Positions 8,447 to 17,987 of a stretch of 64,000 bases of DNA are shown one piece after another; position 1 is the stretch's first letter; each line of letters begins with the position of its first letter. The notes beneath the pieces were generated by a model, which was not told where the DNA came from, made no database searches, and saw nothing but the letters and a program-made list of their open reading frames with translations. The DNA comes from Bacillota bacterium (GTDB lineage Bacteria > Bacillota > Clostridia > Christensenellales > CAG-138), in NCBI GenBank assembly GCA_016286445.1, contig JAEESS010000003.1, positions 23,990 through 87,989 on the forward strand, read 5' to 3'. The translations under genes were made by a program, and so were the position numbers.

Positions 8447-11422
8447 ATGTCCGATCGAATGACGCCGATCCCGTTTCGGGAGCTGATGGAGTGGGTCATG
8501 ACAGAATACAAAACCGGCAGCGTGTTCGGCGTGAAACGCCCGTACCGCCCGATCCCGGGTAAGCAGCTGTCGATTTTCGGCGAGACGATGGAAACGCCGT
8601 TCGGTCCCGCCGCGGGTCCGAATACGCAATTGACGCAGAACATCCTTGCCGCATACTATGCGGGAAGCCGGTTCTTTGAGCTCAAAACCGTGCAGATCAT
8701 GGACGGCGACGAGCTTGCGGCGTGCATCGGGAAGCCCTGCATCGTCGCAAAGGACGAGTGCTACAACTGCGAATGGTCGACCGAGCTCACCGTGCCGCAG
8801 GCGCTCGAGGAGTACGTCAAGGCGTGGTTCATGCTGAAGCTGTTCACCAAGGAATACGGCTGGGGCGATCCGAACGGGTTCATCTTCAACATGAGCGTGG
8901 GCTACGACTTTGCGGGCGTCACGTCCCCGAAGATCGACGCGTTCATCGAAGGACTGAAGGACGCGTCGAACACCGCGATCTTTCAGGAGTGCATGGACTG
9001 GACGCGGGCAAACCTCGACCGGTTCCAAAACATTGACCTAAGCTACCTCGCTTCGATCAGCCCACATGTTTGTACCTCGATCACGCTGTCCACGCTCCAC
9101 GGCTGCCCGCCGCAGGAGATCGAGCGGATCGCGGGGTATCTGATCGACACCAAAAAGCTGAACACGTTCGTCAAGTGCAATCCGACGATCCTCGGCTATG
9201 CCTACGCAAGAAAGACGCTCGACGAGCTCGGCTTCGACTACGTCGCGTTCGACGAGCACCACTTCAACGAGGACCTGCAGTACCGTGACGCGGTGCCGAT
9301 GTTCAAGCGGCTCCTTCAAAAAGCAGCGGAAAACGGCGTGACCTTCGGGCTGAAACTCAGCAACACCTTCCCGGTCGACGTCACGCGCGGCGAGCTTCCG
9401 AGCAGCGAAATGTATATGTCCGGGCGGTCGCTGTACCCGCTGACCATCGAGATGGCGAAGCGCATGAGCGAGGAATTTGACGGCAAGCTTCGGCTGTCGT
9501 TCTCGGGCGGCGTCGACGCGTTCAATCTTGCGGAGCTTTTCAAAGCCGGCATCTGGCCGATCACGCTTGCGACGACGATCCTGAAGCCCGGCGGGTATCA
9601 GAGATTGGAGCAGCTCGGCAAAATCTGTGACGAGATTCCTTACGAGCCGTTCACGGGCGTCAAAGTCGGCAGGGTCGCGCTTTTATCCAAGCAGGCGCGC
9701 GCGTCCGTGCGCAACACAAAGCCAATGAAACCGCAGCCGGAGCGCAAGCTCAAGGACAAGGTCCCGCTGTTCGACTGTTTCACGGCGCCGTGCACGCACG
9801 GCTGCCCGATCCATCAGGACATTCCGCAGTATATCGAAATGGTCGGCAAGGGAAACTGTGACGGGGCGTTGAAGCTCATCGTCGAAAAGAATCCGCTGCC
9901 GTTCATCACCGGCACGATCTGCCCGCACCATTGCGCGGATAAGTGTACGAGAAGCTTTTATGAGGAAGCGATCCGCATCCGCAGGGCAAAACTGACCGCT
10001 GCGGAAAACGGTCTGGATTCGCTTTTGCGGGATCTGAAACCCGCTGTGCCGAACGGAAAAAAAGTCGCGGTCGTCGGCGGCGGTCCCGCGGGCATGGCGG
10101 CGGCGTTCTTCCTTGCGCGGCAGGGCGCATCCGTCACACTGTTTGAAAAGCGCGCAAGGCTCGGTGGCGTCGTGCGGTACGTCATTCCGGCATTTCGCAT
10201 CGGTTCGGAGGCGATCGACAACGACGAAAAGATCCTTGCTTCAATGGGCGTCGATATCCGCACGAACACGCCCGCGCCGAAGGCGGATGCATTGTTCGGC
10301 GACGGCTATACCGATATCGTCTATGCGGTCGGCGCGTGGGCGGAAGGCAAAATGAAGCTTGAAAAAGGCGAGGCGCAAAACGTCATCCGCTTCCTTGAGG
10401 AAAGCAAGGCGGGCACGCTCAAAACGATGGGCGAAAACGTGATCGTCATCGGCGGCGGCAACACCGCCATGGACGCGGCGCGCGCCGCAAAGCGCGAAAA
10501 GGGCGTCAAGCGCGTCATGCTCGTGTATCGCCGCACGGCGCGGTACATGCCTGCGGACGAGGAAGAACTGCAGCTTGCGAAGGAGGACGGCGTGGAGTTC
10601 TGCGAGCTCCTTGCGCCGGTCGCGCTCGAAAACGGAACGCTTCTCTGCAATGTCATGCGGCTCGGCGAGCCGGACGAATCCGGAAGACGCAGTCCGGTCG
10701 AAACGGGCGAACAGATCAAGCTCCCGTGCGACACGCTGATCGCGGCGGTCGGCGAAAAGGTCGAGACGGCGATCTTTACCGAAAACGGGATCGCGCTCAA
10801 CGAACGTGGCAAGGTGATCGCCGACGCGAACCAAAGGACGTCGCGTGAGCACGTCTACGTCATCGGCGACGCGAGCCGCGGTCCCGCGACCGTTGTGGAG
10901 GGCATTGCGGACGCGCGTGCCGCAGCGGACGCGATCGTCGGCAAGTATGCATACGAGATCTGCGCATGCGGCGACACGACCGAAGCGGCATGCTTTGAAA
11001 AGCACGGGATCCTCCGAGATTACGAGCAGGCGGAACAGGAGCGCGGGCGCTGTCTAAATTGCGGCACGGTCTGCGAATGCTGCGTGCAGGTCTGTCCGAA
11101 CCGCGCAAACGTCGCGATCCGTGTGCCGGGCAAGGCAAAACCGCAGATCCTGCACGTCGATCGGATGTGCAACGAGTGCGGAAACTGCCTCGTATTCTGC
11201 CCGTACGACTCGAAACCGTATAAGGAGAAGTTCACGCTGTTTTCCACCGAAGCCGAATTTGACGGTTCGGAGAACAAGGGCTTTCTGCCGCTTTCGGACC
11301 GCACGGTCAAACTGCGGCTCGACGGCGTGCAGACCGTCGATCTCGACCGCGATCCGATCGATCCGGACGCAAGGGCGCTGATCGAAACGGTGCTCAATGA
11401 TTACCACTACTTGATCGGCTGA
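8447..11422 (+). CDS. ygfK: YgfK-type Fe-S/FAD oxidoreductase (DPD-like barrel, GltD-like NAD(P)/FAD domains, 2x[4Fe-4S])
   Basis: The N-terminus MSDRMTPIPFRELMEW resembles E. coli YgfK as I recall it. Dinucleotide folds VAVVGGGPAGMAAA and VIVIGGGNTAMDAARAA are present. Cys clusters CLNCGTVCECCVQVCP and CNECGNCLVFCP are also present. Confidence 0.8.
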   Translation: MSDRMTPIPFRELMEWVMTEYKTGSVFGVKRPYRPIPGKQLSIFGETMETPFGPAAGPNTQLTQNILAAYYAGSRFFELKTVQIMDGDELAACIGKPCIVAKDECYNCEWSTELTVPQALEEYVKAWFMLKLFTKEYGWGDPNGFIFNMSVGYDFAGVTSPKIDAFIEGLKDASNTAIFQECMDWTRANLDRFQNIDLSYLASISPHVCTSITLSTLHGCPPQEIERIAGYLIDTKKLNTFVKCNPTILGYAYARKTLDELGFDYVAFDEHHFNEDLQYRDAVPMFKRLLQKAAENGVTFGLKLSNTFPVDVTRGELPSSEMYMSGRSLYPLTIEMAKRMSEEFDGKLRLSFSGGVDAFNLAELFKAGIWPITLATTILKPGGYQRLEQLGKICDEIPYEPFTGVKVGRVALLSKQARASVRNTKPMKPQPERKLKDKVPLFDCFTAPCTHGCPIHQDIPQYIEMVGKGNCDGALKLIVEKNPLPFITGTICPHHCADKCTRSFYEEAIRIRRAKLTAAENGLDSLLRDLKPAVPNGKKVAVVGGGPAGMAAAFFLARQGASVTLFEKRARLGGVVRYVIPAFRIGSEAIDNDEKILASMGVDIRTNTPAPKADALFGDGYTDIVYAVGAWAEGKMKLEKGEAQNVIRFLEESKAGTLKTMGENVIVIGGGNTAMDAARAAKREKGVKRVMLVYRRTARYMPADEEELQLAKEDGVEFCELLAPVALENGTLLCNVMRLGEPDESGRRSPVETGEQIKLPCDTLIAAVGEKVETAIFTENGIALNERGKVIADANQRTSREHVYVIGDASRGPATVVEGIADARAAADAIVGKYAYEICACGDTTEAACFEKHGILRDYEQAEQERGRCLNCGTVCECCVQVCPNRANVAIRVPGKAKPQILHVDRMCNECGNCLVFCPYDSKPYKEKFTLFSTEAEFDGSENKGFLPLSDRTVKLRLDGVQTVDLDRDPIDPDARALIETVLNDYHYLIG

Positions 11423-11441
11423 ACGCCGAAAGGAGAGGCTT

Positions 11442-14006
11442 ATGGCGACCTTTATGGTCAACGGACGGGGTGTGACCTGCCCCGAAAACAAAAAACTGAT
11501 CCGTTTTCTTCGGGATGATCTGAAGCTGACGAGCGTCAAAAACGGCTGCTCGGAAGGCGCGTGCGGCACCTGTACCGTGCTGATCGACGGCAAGGCAGCA
11601 AAGGCATGCGTCCAGCAGACCGACCGCATGGAAGGAAAGCATATCGTCACCTGCGAGGGGCTGACCCCGCGCGAGCGCGAGGTCTATGCCTATGCGTTTA
11701 CCGAAGCGGGCGCGGTCCAGTGCGGCTTCTGCACACCCGGCATGGTGATGGCGGCAAAGGGGCTTTTGGATCAGAATCCCGACCCGACGCCCGCGGACGT
11801 CAAGGGCGCGATCCGCATGAACATCTGCCGCTGTACCGGCTATAAAAAGATCGAAGAAGCGATCCTGCTTGCCGCAAAGACCTTCCGCGGGGGCGGAGAA
11901 GTCCCGAAGCGGACCTTAAAAGGCGTCGTCGGCGAAAACCTCGACCGCGTGGACGCGCCGAGTAAAGCGCTCGGCGACGCGAAATACGCGGACGATCTCT
12001 ATTTCGACGGCATGCTGTACGGCACGGCAAAGCGCAGCGACTACCCGCGCGCAAGGGTGCTTTCGATCGACACGCGCGCGGCAAAGGCGACGCCCGGCGT
12101 TGTGTGCGTGCTGACGGCAAAGGATATTCCCGGCACGGTCAAGATCGGACATTTGAAACAGGACTATGACGTGATGATCCCGGAAGGGAAGATCACGCAC
12201 TTTTTGGGTGACGCGATTGCCTTGGTTGCGGCGGAGACCGAAGAACAGGCGCGCGCCGCGGCAGCGCTCGTCAAGGTGGACTACGAACCGCTTCCGTCCG
12301 TGCTGAACATGATGGACGGTCTCAAAGACGAGATCCTCGTGCACGAATCGAACGGAACGAACGTGCTCTCGCACGAGCATCTTGTCCGCGGCAACGCCGA
12401 GGAGGTCATCAAAAACAGCAAGTATGTCGTGACGCATCATTATTCCACACCGCCGACGGACCACGCGTTTTTGGAGCCCGAGTGCGCCGTGGCGTACCGC
12501 GAGGGCGACGGCGTCCGCATCTTCTCGGGCGATCAGGGCATCTACCAGACACGGAAGGAATGCGCGCAGATGCTGGGATTGCCGCAGGAAAAGGTCCGCG
12601 TGACCGCGATGATGGTCGGCGGCGGCTTCGGCGGCAAGGAGGACATGAGCGTGCAGCATCACGCGGCGCTTTTGGCGTGGTACACAAACCGCCCCGTCAA
12701 GGTCGCGTTCTCGCGTGCGGAAAGCCTTCTCATCCATCCGAAACGCCATGCGATGGAAATGGAATTTACCACCGCCTGCGATGAAAACGGGTATCTGACC
12801 GCCATGAAGGCGACGCTGGTTTCCGATACCGGCGCGTACGCCTCGCTCGGCGGACCGGTGCTGCAGCGCGCGTGCACGCACGCCGCAGGTCCTTATAACT
12901 ATCAAAACGTCGACATCGACGGCAAGGCGATCTATACGAACAATCCGCCGGCGGGCGCGTTCCGCGGGTTCGGCGTGACGCAGAGCTGCTTTGCCACCGA
13001 GTGCAACCTGAACGAGCTTGCAAAGATGGTCGGCATCTCGGCGTTCGAGATCCGCTACCGCAATGCGATCCGCCCCGGACAGGTGCTGCCGAACGGACAG
13101 ATTGCGGACGAAACGACCGCGCTCGTCGAAACGCTCGACGCCGCGCGTCCGATCCTCGAACGCGATCCGAAGGCGGGCGTCGCCTGCGCCATGAAAAACG
13201 CAGGGTTAGGCGTCGGCATTCCGGACACCGGACGCTGCCGCATCGAGGTCAAGGACGGCGAGGTCTATCTGCATTCGTCCGCGGCGTGCATCGGGCAGGG
13301 CATGGGCACCGTGCAGACGCAAATGGCGGCGGAGATCCTCGGTATCCCGCACGAGCGCGTGCATTACTGCACGCCGGACACCGCGCTTGCGCCGGACGCG
13401 GGCAACACGACGGCGTCACGGCAGACGCTGTTCACCGGCGAGGCGGTCGTGCGCGCCGCAAAGCAGATCAAAGAAGCGCTTGAAACCGAGGGCTCATGGG
13501 AGGCGCTCGAAGGGCGCTCGTTCCTCGGCGAATACACCGGCGTGACCGACAGGCTCGGATCTCAAAAGCCGAACCCGGTCTCGCACATCGCGTACGGATA
13601 CGCGACGCATGTGGTCGAGCTGAACGACGACGGCACGGTAAAGCGCGTGACGGCGATCCACGATCTCGGCGTGGCGGTCAATCCGCGCGCCGCCGAGGGA
13701 CAGATCGAGGGCGGCGTCGTGATGGGGCTCGGTTATGCGCTGACGGAGGACTTCCCCCTAAAGGACGGGAAGCCGACGGCAAAGTACGGCACGCTGGGAC
13801 TGTTCCGCGCGGACAAGACGCCGGAGGTGCAGGCGATCCTTGTGGAGAAGGCGACCAAGGACGGGCTTGCCTGTGGCGCAAAGGGCATCGGCGAGATCTG
13901 CACGATCCCGACCGCGCCCGCGGTGCAGAACGCGTACGATAACCGCGACGGCATATTCCGCACGTCGCTGCCGCTTTCCGATACGCCGTACAGCCGGAAG
14001 AAATAG
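11442..14006 (+). CDS. xdhD: Molybdopterin hydroxylase with a fused N-terminal [2Fe-2S] domain (XdhD-like; selenium-dependent xanthine dehydrogenase family)
   Basis: 2Fe-2S motifs CSEGACGTCTV and CGFCTPGMVM are followed by aldehyde-oxidase/xanthine-dehydrogenase MoCo domains. The neighbouring ssnA and ygfK genes support the call. Confidence 0.75.
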   Translation: MATFMVNGRGVTCPENKKLIRFLRDDLKLTSVKNGCSEGACGTCTVLIDGKAAKACVQQTDRMEGKHIVTCEGLTPREREVYAYAFTEAGAVQCGFCTPGMVMAAKGLLDQNPDPTPADVKGAIRMNICRCTGYKKIEEAILLAAKTFRGGGEVPKRTLKGVVGENLDRVDAPSKALGDAKYADDLYFDGMLYGTAKRSDYPRARVLSIDTRAAKATPGVVCVLTAKDIPGTVKIGHLKQDYDVMIPEGKITHFLGDAIALVAAETEEQARAAAALVKVDYEPLPSVLNMMDGLKDEILVHESNGTNVLSHEHLVRGNAEEVIKNSKYVVTHHYSTPPTDHAFLEPECAVAYREGDGVRIFSGDQGIYQTRKECAQMLGLPQEKVRVTAMMVGGGFGGKEDMSVQHHAALLAWYTNRPVKVAFSRAESLLIHPKRHAMEMEFTTACDENGYLTAMKATLVSDTGAYASLGGPVLQRACTHAAGPYNYQNVDIDGKAIYTNNPPAGAFRGFGVTQSCFATECNLNELAKMVGISAFEIRYRNAIRPGQVLPNGQIADETTALVETLDAARPILERDPKAGVACAMKNAGLGVGIPDTGRCRIEVKDGEVYLHSSAACIGQGMGTVQTQMAAEILGIPHERVHYCTPDTALAPDAGNTTASRQTLFTGEAVVRAAKQIKEALETEGSWEALEGRSFLGEYTGVTDRLGSQKPNPVSHIAYGYATHVVELNDDGTVKRVTAIHDLGVAVNPRAAEGQIEGGVVMGLGYALTEDFPLKDGKPTAKYGTLGLFRADKTPEVQAILVEKATKDGLACGAKGIGEICTIPTAPAVQNAYDNRDGIFRTSLPLSDTPYSRKK

Positions 14007-14119
14007 GAACGGGGACGAAAAACGGGGGAAGACTGTCTTGCCGGAAGCGTCGCGACCCTGCGCGCAGGGCTTAGGAATCCGATTCTTTCATACGCTTTCG
14101 GGAGTGCTTGATGATCGAC

Positions 14120-14147
14120 TTGCAATCTGCCGAATTTATGATATACT
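14120..14147 (+). promoter_or_regulatory. Candidate promoter of the LRR protein gene
   Basis: TTGCAA (14120-14125), a 16-nt spacer, and an extended -10 TGaTATACT (14139-14147). AGGAGG at 14165-14170 lies downstream. Confidence 0.45.
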
Positions 14148-14176
14148 GATTATAATATATATACAGGAGGGAAATC

Positions 14177-16360
14177 ATGAAAAAACTTCTTGCAATCGTG
14201 CTGAGCATGATCATGCTCGCATCACTGCTGCCGCTGAGTCTGCATATAGCAAGCGCGGACGATCGTTATCTTGAAATTAATGAAGAAAACTTTCCGGATC
14301 CGAACTTTCGGCAAGTTATCATTGACGATCAGGAAGTCAGCGGCGGAGTCGGCGGTTATTATATGACCGAAGAACAGGTTCTTAAGGTAGAGGCTATCTA
14401 TTGTAACAGACATGAAATCAGTTCTGTAAAAGGGATAGAGCATTTTCCAAATTTAGGGCAGTTTGAATGTGTCGGTAACGCTATTACGGAGATAGATGTA
14501 AGCAATAATCCGAATTTGTATTACTTATCCTGTGACGAGAATCAATTAACGAAAATTGACGTCAGTAATAATCCGGCTTTGGAACAGTTATACTGTGGAA
14601 AGAATCAACTGACAATACTGGATGTTAGCAACAACCCGGTATTATATGCCTTATGGTTCATGCATAATAAGGTAACAAAGCTGGTATTGAGTGAGGATTC
14701 AGCATTGACGACTCTATATTGCACTGATAACATGCTGAATTCTTTAGACTTGAGCAATGCTCCGTTGTTGAAAATTCTTTTCTGTGAGAACAACCAAATG
14801 AAAAATCTAAATGTCAGCGGCAATCCGTTATTGGAACACATAGACTGCCGAGATAATGCGTTGACAGAATTAGATGTCAGCAAGTGTTCTGCGTTGGACT
14901 ATGTTACAGTCAATAACAATTTGCTGACAGAAATGGATGTCAGTAAGAATATCAATTTGGGTTGGTTGGAATGTACGAATAACTGCTTCACACATATAGA
15001 TGTAAGCAAAAACACAAAATTGGAAGATTTATTCTGTGATAACAATTTACTGACGGAATTGGACGTCAGCAATAATGCTGCTTTGACAGTTTTGTCGTGT
15101 GAAGGTAATCAGTTGACGGCGTTGGATGTCAGTAAAAATGAATCACTTAAAGACCTGTATTGTAAAAACAATCGCCTGACATGGCTTGATCTCACACAAA
15201 ATCCGAATTTGCATCCTCAACTTTATGAACAGACAATTGAGGATCAATTGGGTACGGCATACAGTACGACATATACCTATGATTTGGCACAGCTTGTTCC
15301 GAAAGAACTTCTGACAAATGTTGAACTACTGGATTGGGAGCATTCGTCTTTAGATACAGAAACCGGTATTGTGACTTTCGATACGGAAGTCAGTTCTTTC
15401 ATTTATGATTATGACACAGGAAACAGCTCGGGATATTTGTTGGGCACTTTGCGGGTCGAAGTACAAGTAGCTTTTGACCATGTCAGCATGCCGATTCCCG
15501 GATATGACGCAACGATCGAGTGGGACAGCAGAGACATTAAGTACAAGGGAAAGACACCCTATGTAATTGCGAACGGGAAAGCGCAGGAACCTCGGTTTAC
15601 CGTAAAAGATACTGACGGAAATGTGATTGATCCTGCAAACTATGATGGGGAGTTTTACGAAAATGTCAATGCAGGAACAGCAATTTTACTGGTAACGTTC
15701 AAGAATGAATATACCGGTCTTTGCTACAGTGTATTCAAAATCTACCTGCCGGCAACGTCGACCACTACTGTTGCGAACGTCAAGGATGGCATCAAACTCA
15801 CGTGGAGCAAGGTTCCCGGCGCGGACGGCTATGTGATCTATCGCAGAGCATGGAGCAGCACCACCAACGGCTGGACGGACTTTGTGCGCTGGAACAACAC
15901 GAAGGAGCTCAACTGGCTCGATACCAAGGTCTATGCGGGTACGCGGTATCAATACGGCATTAAGGCGTACTTCAACAAGCGTATCGATCCGGTTACCGGC
16001 GCAGAGATCGGCGGCAACGTCGGCGACAATTTCAACCTCGGCGAGGTCGGTCCGCTGAAGACGACCGTGCGTATCACCACCCGTACGCTGAACAGCGTGA
16101 CGGCGGGATCGAAGCAGATGACGGTGAAGTGGGGCGCAAGCTCGCAGTTCACGGGCTATCAGATCCAGTATGCGACGAACAGCGCATTCACGCAGAACGC
16201 GAAGACGGTGAAGATCACAAACCCGAAGACCGCGTCGACCGTGATCAAGAGCCTCCTGAGCGGCAAGACCTATTACGTCCGCATCCGTTCGTATCATGTG
16301 TTCAACGGCATGACCTACTTCGGCGAGTGGTCGAACGTCAAGAGCTGCAAGGTAAAATAA
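14177..16360 (+). CDS. Secreted leucine-rich-repeat protein with two C-terminal fibronectin type III domains
   Basis: It has a signal peptide, then about 12 repeats of 21 aa with the pattern LxxLxCxxNxLTxLDVSxNxx. Two Fn3-like modules follow (GIKLTWSKVPGADGYVIYRR.. and MTVKWGASSQFTGYQIQY..). Confidence 0.8.
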   Translation: MKKLLAIVLSMIMLASLLPLSLHIASADDRYLEINEENFPDPNFRQVIIDDQEVSGGVGGYYMTEEQVLKVEAIYCNRHEISSVKGIEHFPNLGQFECVGNAITEIDVSNNPNLYYLSCDENQLTKIDVSNNPALEQLYCGKNQLTILDVSNNPVLYALWFMHNKVTKLVLSEDSALTTLYCTDNMLNSLDLSNAPLLKILFCENNQMKNLNVSGNPLLEHIDCRDNALTELDVSKCSALDYVTVNNNLLTEMDVSKNINLGWLECTNNCFTHIDVSKNTKLEDLFCDNNLLTELDVSNNAALTVLSCEGNQLTALDVSKNESLKDLYCKNNRLTWLDLTQNPNLHPQLYEQTIEDQLGTAYSTTYTYDLAQLVPKELLTNVELLDWEHSSLDTETGIVTFDTEVSSFIYDYDTGNSSGYLLGTLRVEVQVAFDHVSMPIPGYDATIEWDSRDIKYKGKTPYVIANGKAQEPRFTVKDTDGNVIDPANYDGEFYENVNAGTAILLVTFKNEYTGLCYSVFKIYLPATSTTTVANVKDGIKLTWSKVPGADGYVIYRRAWSSTTNGWTDFVRWNNTKELNWLDTKVYAGTRYQYGIKAYFNKRIDPVTGAEIGGNVGDNFNLGEVGPLKTTVRITTRTLNSVTAGSKQMTVKWGASSQFTGYQIQYATNSAFTQNAKTVKITNPKTASTVIKSLLSGKTYYVRIRSYHVFNGMTYFGEWSNVKSCKVK
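14435..15220 (+). repeat. Degenerate 63-bp tandem repeats encoding the LRR array
   Basis: Twelve consecutive 21-22-aa units each end in (I/L)DV-S-x-N. The DNA is AT-rich; the single 60-nt line at 14521 counts 35% GC. Confidence 0.8.
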
Positions 16361-16427
16361 GAGCAAGTGTCAGCGGGTATTCTTGTAAGAGCCTGTTGTG
16401 CTTGCGGCGGCTTTGAACCGCTTCCGG

Positions 16428-16457
16428 AAACGGTCTGCTTATTGCGGACCGTTTTTT
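16428..16457 (+). terminator. Rho-independent terminator after the LRR gene
   Basis: AAACGGTC (16428-16435) pairs with GACCGTTT (16447-16454), and the T run continues to 16457. Confidence 0.7.
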
Positions 16458-16517
16458 ATAACTTTTTTTGCGAAAAAAGACTTTTCCAGGAGAAAAAAGT
16501 GTGATACACTGTACCGC

Positions 16518-17987
16518 ATGAAACGGATTTGTATTTTGATCATCTGTATGCTGCTTCTTGTACCGACGGTCGCGTCCGCGCGCGCGGATTCGGAGAAAGC
16601 AGAAAAACTGAACGACAAGTGTACCTTTGACTTCGGCGAATATCGCTATGCGGCAAGCCGCGTTCTCAGGGAAACGGAGCATTATCAGATATTTGAGCCC
16701 AATGATTCCTTTTCGGTGACATGGGAAGAGGCGCTCGACGGTGTAAGGCTGTGCCTGAGGTGGCGGGAAATCAAAGACGGCGTGCGCGTCCTGCAGTATG
16801 ATGCGGACGGCAAGCTGCTTTCGGAGGACGCGATCCCGGCGTATTATGAGACGATCACGGTGATCCTGCCCGAGACGCGCAAGGCGGTTGTGCAGGCAGG
16901 CGACGAGGGAATGCAGGTCAACACCTGCGAGGTTTTCGGCGCGGGCGAGCTGCCGGAGCCGTACCATGACTGGACGCAGACGCCGGATCATCTCGATTAC
17001 CTTCTGATTTCCACGCACATGGACGACGATGTGCTCTTTCTCGGCAGCATTCCGCCGGTCTACGGCGCGGAGCAGGGATATGTAGGCGGAGTCGTTTATG
17101 TGACCACACAGCGCTTTCTGCGCATCCGCGAGGCGGAGAACTGCGCATGGCGGATGGGGATCCGCAACTATCCCATCTTTCTCGGGATGAAGGACGTTGT
17201 GGAGAACGCGACGAAGGAGAAGCGGGCGCAGTTCAAGTACGAGGACCTGCTGAAAAACCTTGTTGTCGTCTATCGCAGATACAGACCGCTCGTCGTCTTT
17301 GCGCAGGATGAGAAGGGCGAGTACGGGCACTGGCAGCATGTGTTCGTTTCCAAAGCTTCGCGCGAGGCGTTCCGTCTTGCCGCGGACCCGAGCTACGATC
17401 CGGAATCCGCAGAGCTTTACGGCACATGGCAGGTACAGAAGCTGTTTTTGCACCTCTATGAGGAGAATCCGATCACGGTCGATTCGCATACGCCGCTGTC
17501 CGCGTTCGACGGCGAAACGGCGTTTGAGGTCGCGTGCGCGGCATACAAGATGCACGAGTCGCAGCAGCAGTTCCGGTTCAAGGTCAGGGAGGACGACGAC
17601 AGATACGCGTTCAACCGGTTCGGCATGGCGGAGGGCGTTGTGCCGCTCGGCGAGGACATTTTCGACAACATCGACGAAACGCTGTTTGTCGGCTACGAAC
17701 CGCCGCCCACACCCGAGCCCACAGAGGAGCCGACGCCGGAACCGACGCCGGAGCCGACGCCCGAGCCCACCGAGGAGCCGACGCAGGAACCGGTTGCGGA
17801 AACAACTGCGGCGCAGCAGGAAGCATCTGCGCCGGAACCGTCCGATACCACCGAGCTGGTGCCGAATCCGTCCAAGCATTCGCCGGAAGCGAAGCAGCTG
17901 ATCGTGATCGGCGTGATCACCGTCGTGGCTGCCGCCGCGGTCGGCACCGGGGCATATTTCTGGAAAAAGCGTCGCATGGAACGCTGA
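16518..17987 (+). CDS. Exported PIG-L/LmbE-like deacetylase with a Pro/Thr/Glu linker and a C-terminal TM anchor
   Basis: I use the internal ATG at 16518, which begins the signal peptide MKRICILIICMLLLVPTVASA. The motif ISTHMDDDVLFLG resembles the PIG-L HPDDE block, and GHWQHV lies downstream. The PEPTEEPTPEPTPEPTPEP linker is followed by the TM segment LIVIGVITVVAAAAVG. Confidence 0.55.
   Translation: MKRICILIICMLLLVPTVASARADSEKAEKLNDKCTFDFGEYRYAASRVLRETEHYQIFEPNDSFSVTWEEALDGVRLCLRWREIKDGVRVLQYDADGKLLSEDAIPAYYETITVILPETRKAVVQAGDEGMQVNTCEVFGAGELPEPYHDWTQTPDHLDYLLISTHMDDDVLFLGSIPPVYGAEQGYVGGVVYVTTQRFLRIREAENCAWRMGIRNYPIFLGMKDVVENATKEKRAQFKYEDLLKNLVVVYRRYRPLVVFAQDEKGEYGHWQHVFVSKASREAFRLAADPSYDPESAELYGTWQVQKLFLHLYEENPITVDSHTPLSAFDGETAFEVACAAYKMHESQQQFRFKVREDDDRYAFNRFGMAEGVVPLGEDIFDNIDETLFVGYEPPPTPEPTEEPTPEPTPEPTPEPTEEPTQEPVAETTAAQQEASAPEPSDTTELVPNPSKHSPEAKQLIVIGVITVVAAAAVGTGAYFWKKRRMER

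Noticed and set aside
11442-14006. Selenocysteine recoding (in-frame TGA plus SECIS) in the selenium-associated xdhD, ygfK or ssnA genes.
   Set aside because: All three ORFs are uninterrupted from start to stop. This enzyme class is thought to use a labile selenium cofactor rather than Sec, so no recoding is needed.
14056-14069. The palindrome CCCTGCGCGCAGGG after xdhD as an intrinsic terminator.
   Set aside because: The loop is too small and no U tract follows. It may be weakly structured, but there is not enough support to call it a terminator.
17700-17800. The periodic CCGGAGCCGACGCC repeats (also at about 2830-2990, 31540-31690 and 32590-32760) as a CRISPR array or other non-coding repeat.
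   Set aside because: They are in frame inside long ORFs and encode Pro/Thr/Glu linkers. The repeat units are 12-24 nt with no unique spacers, and there are no cas genes.
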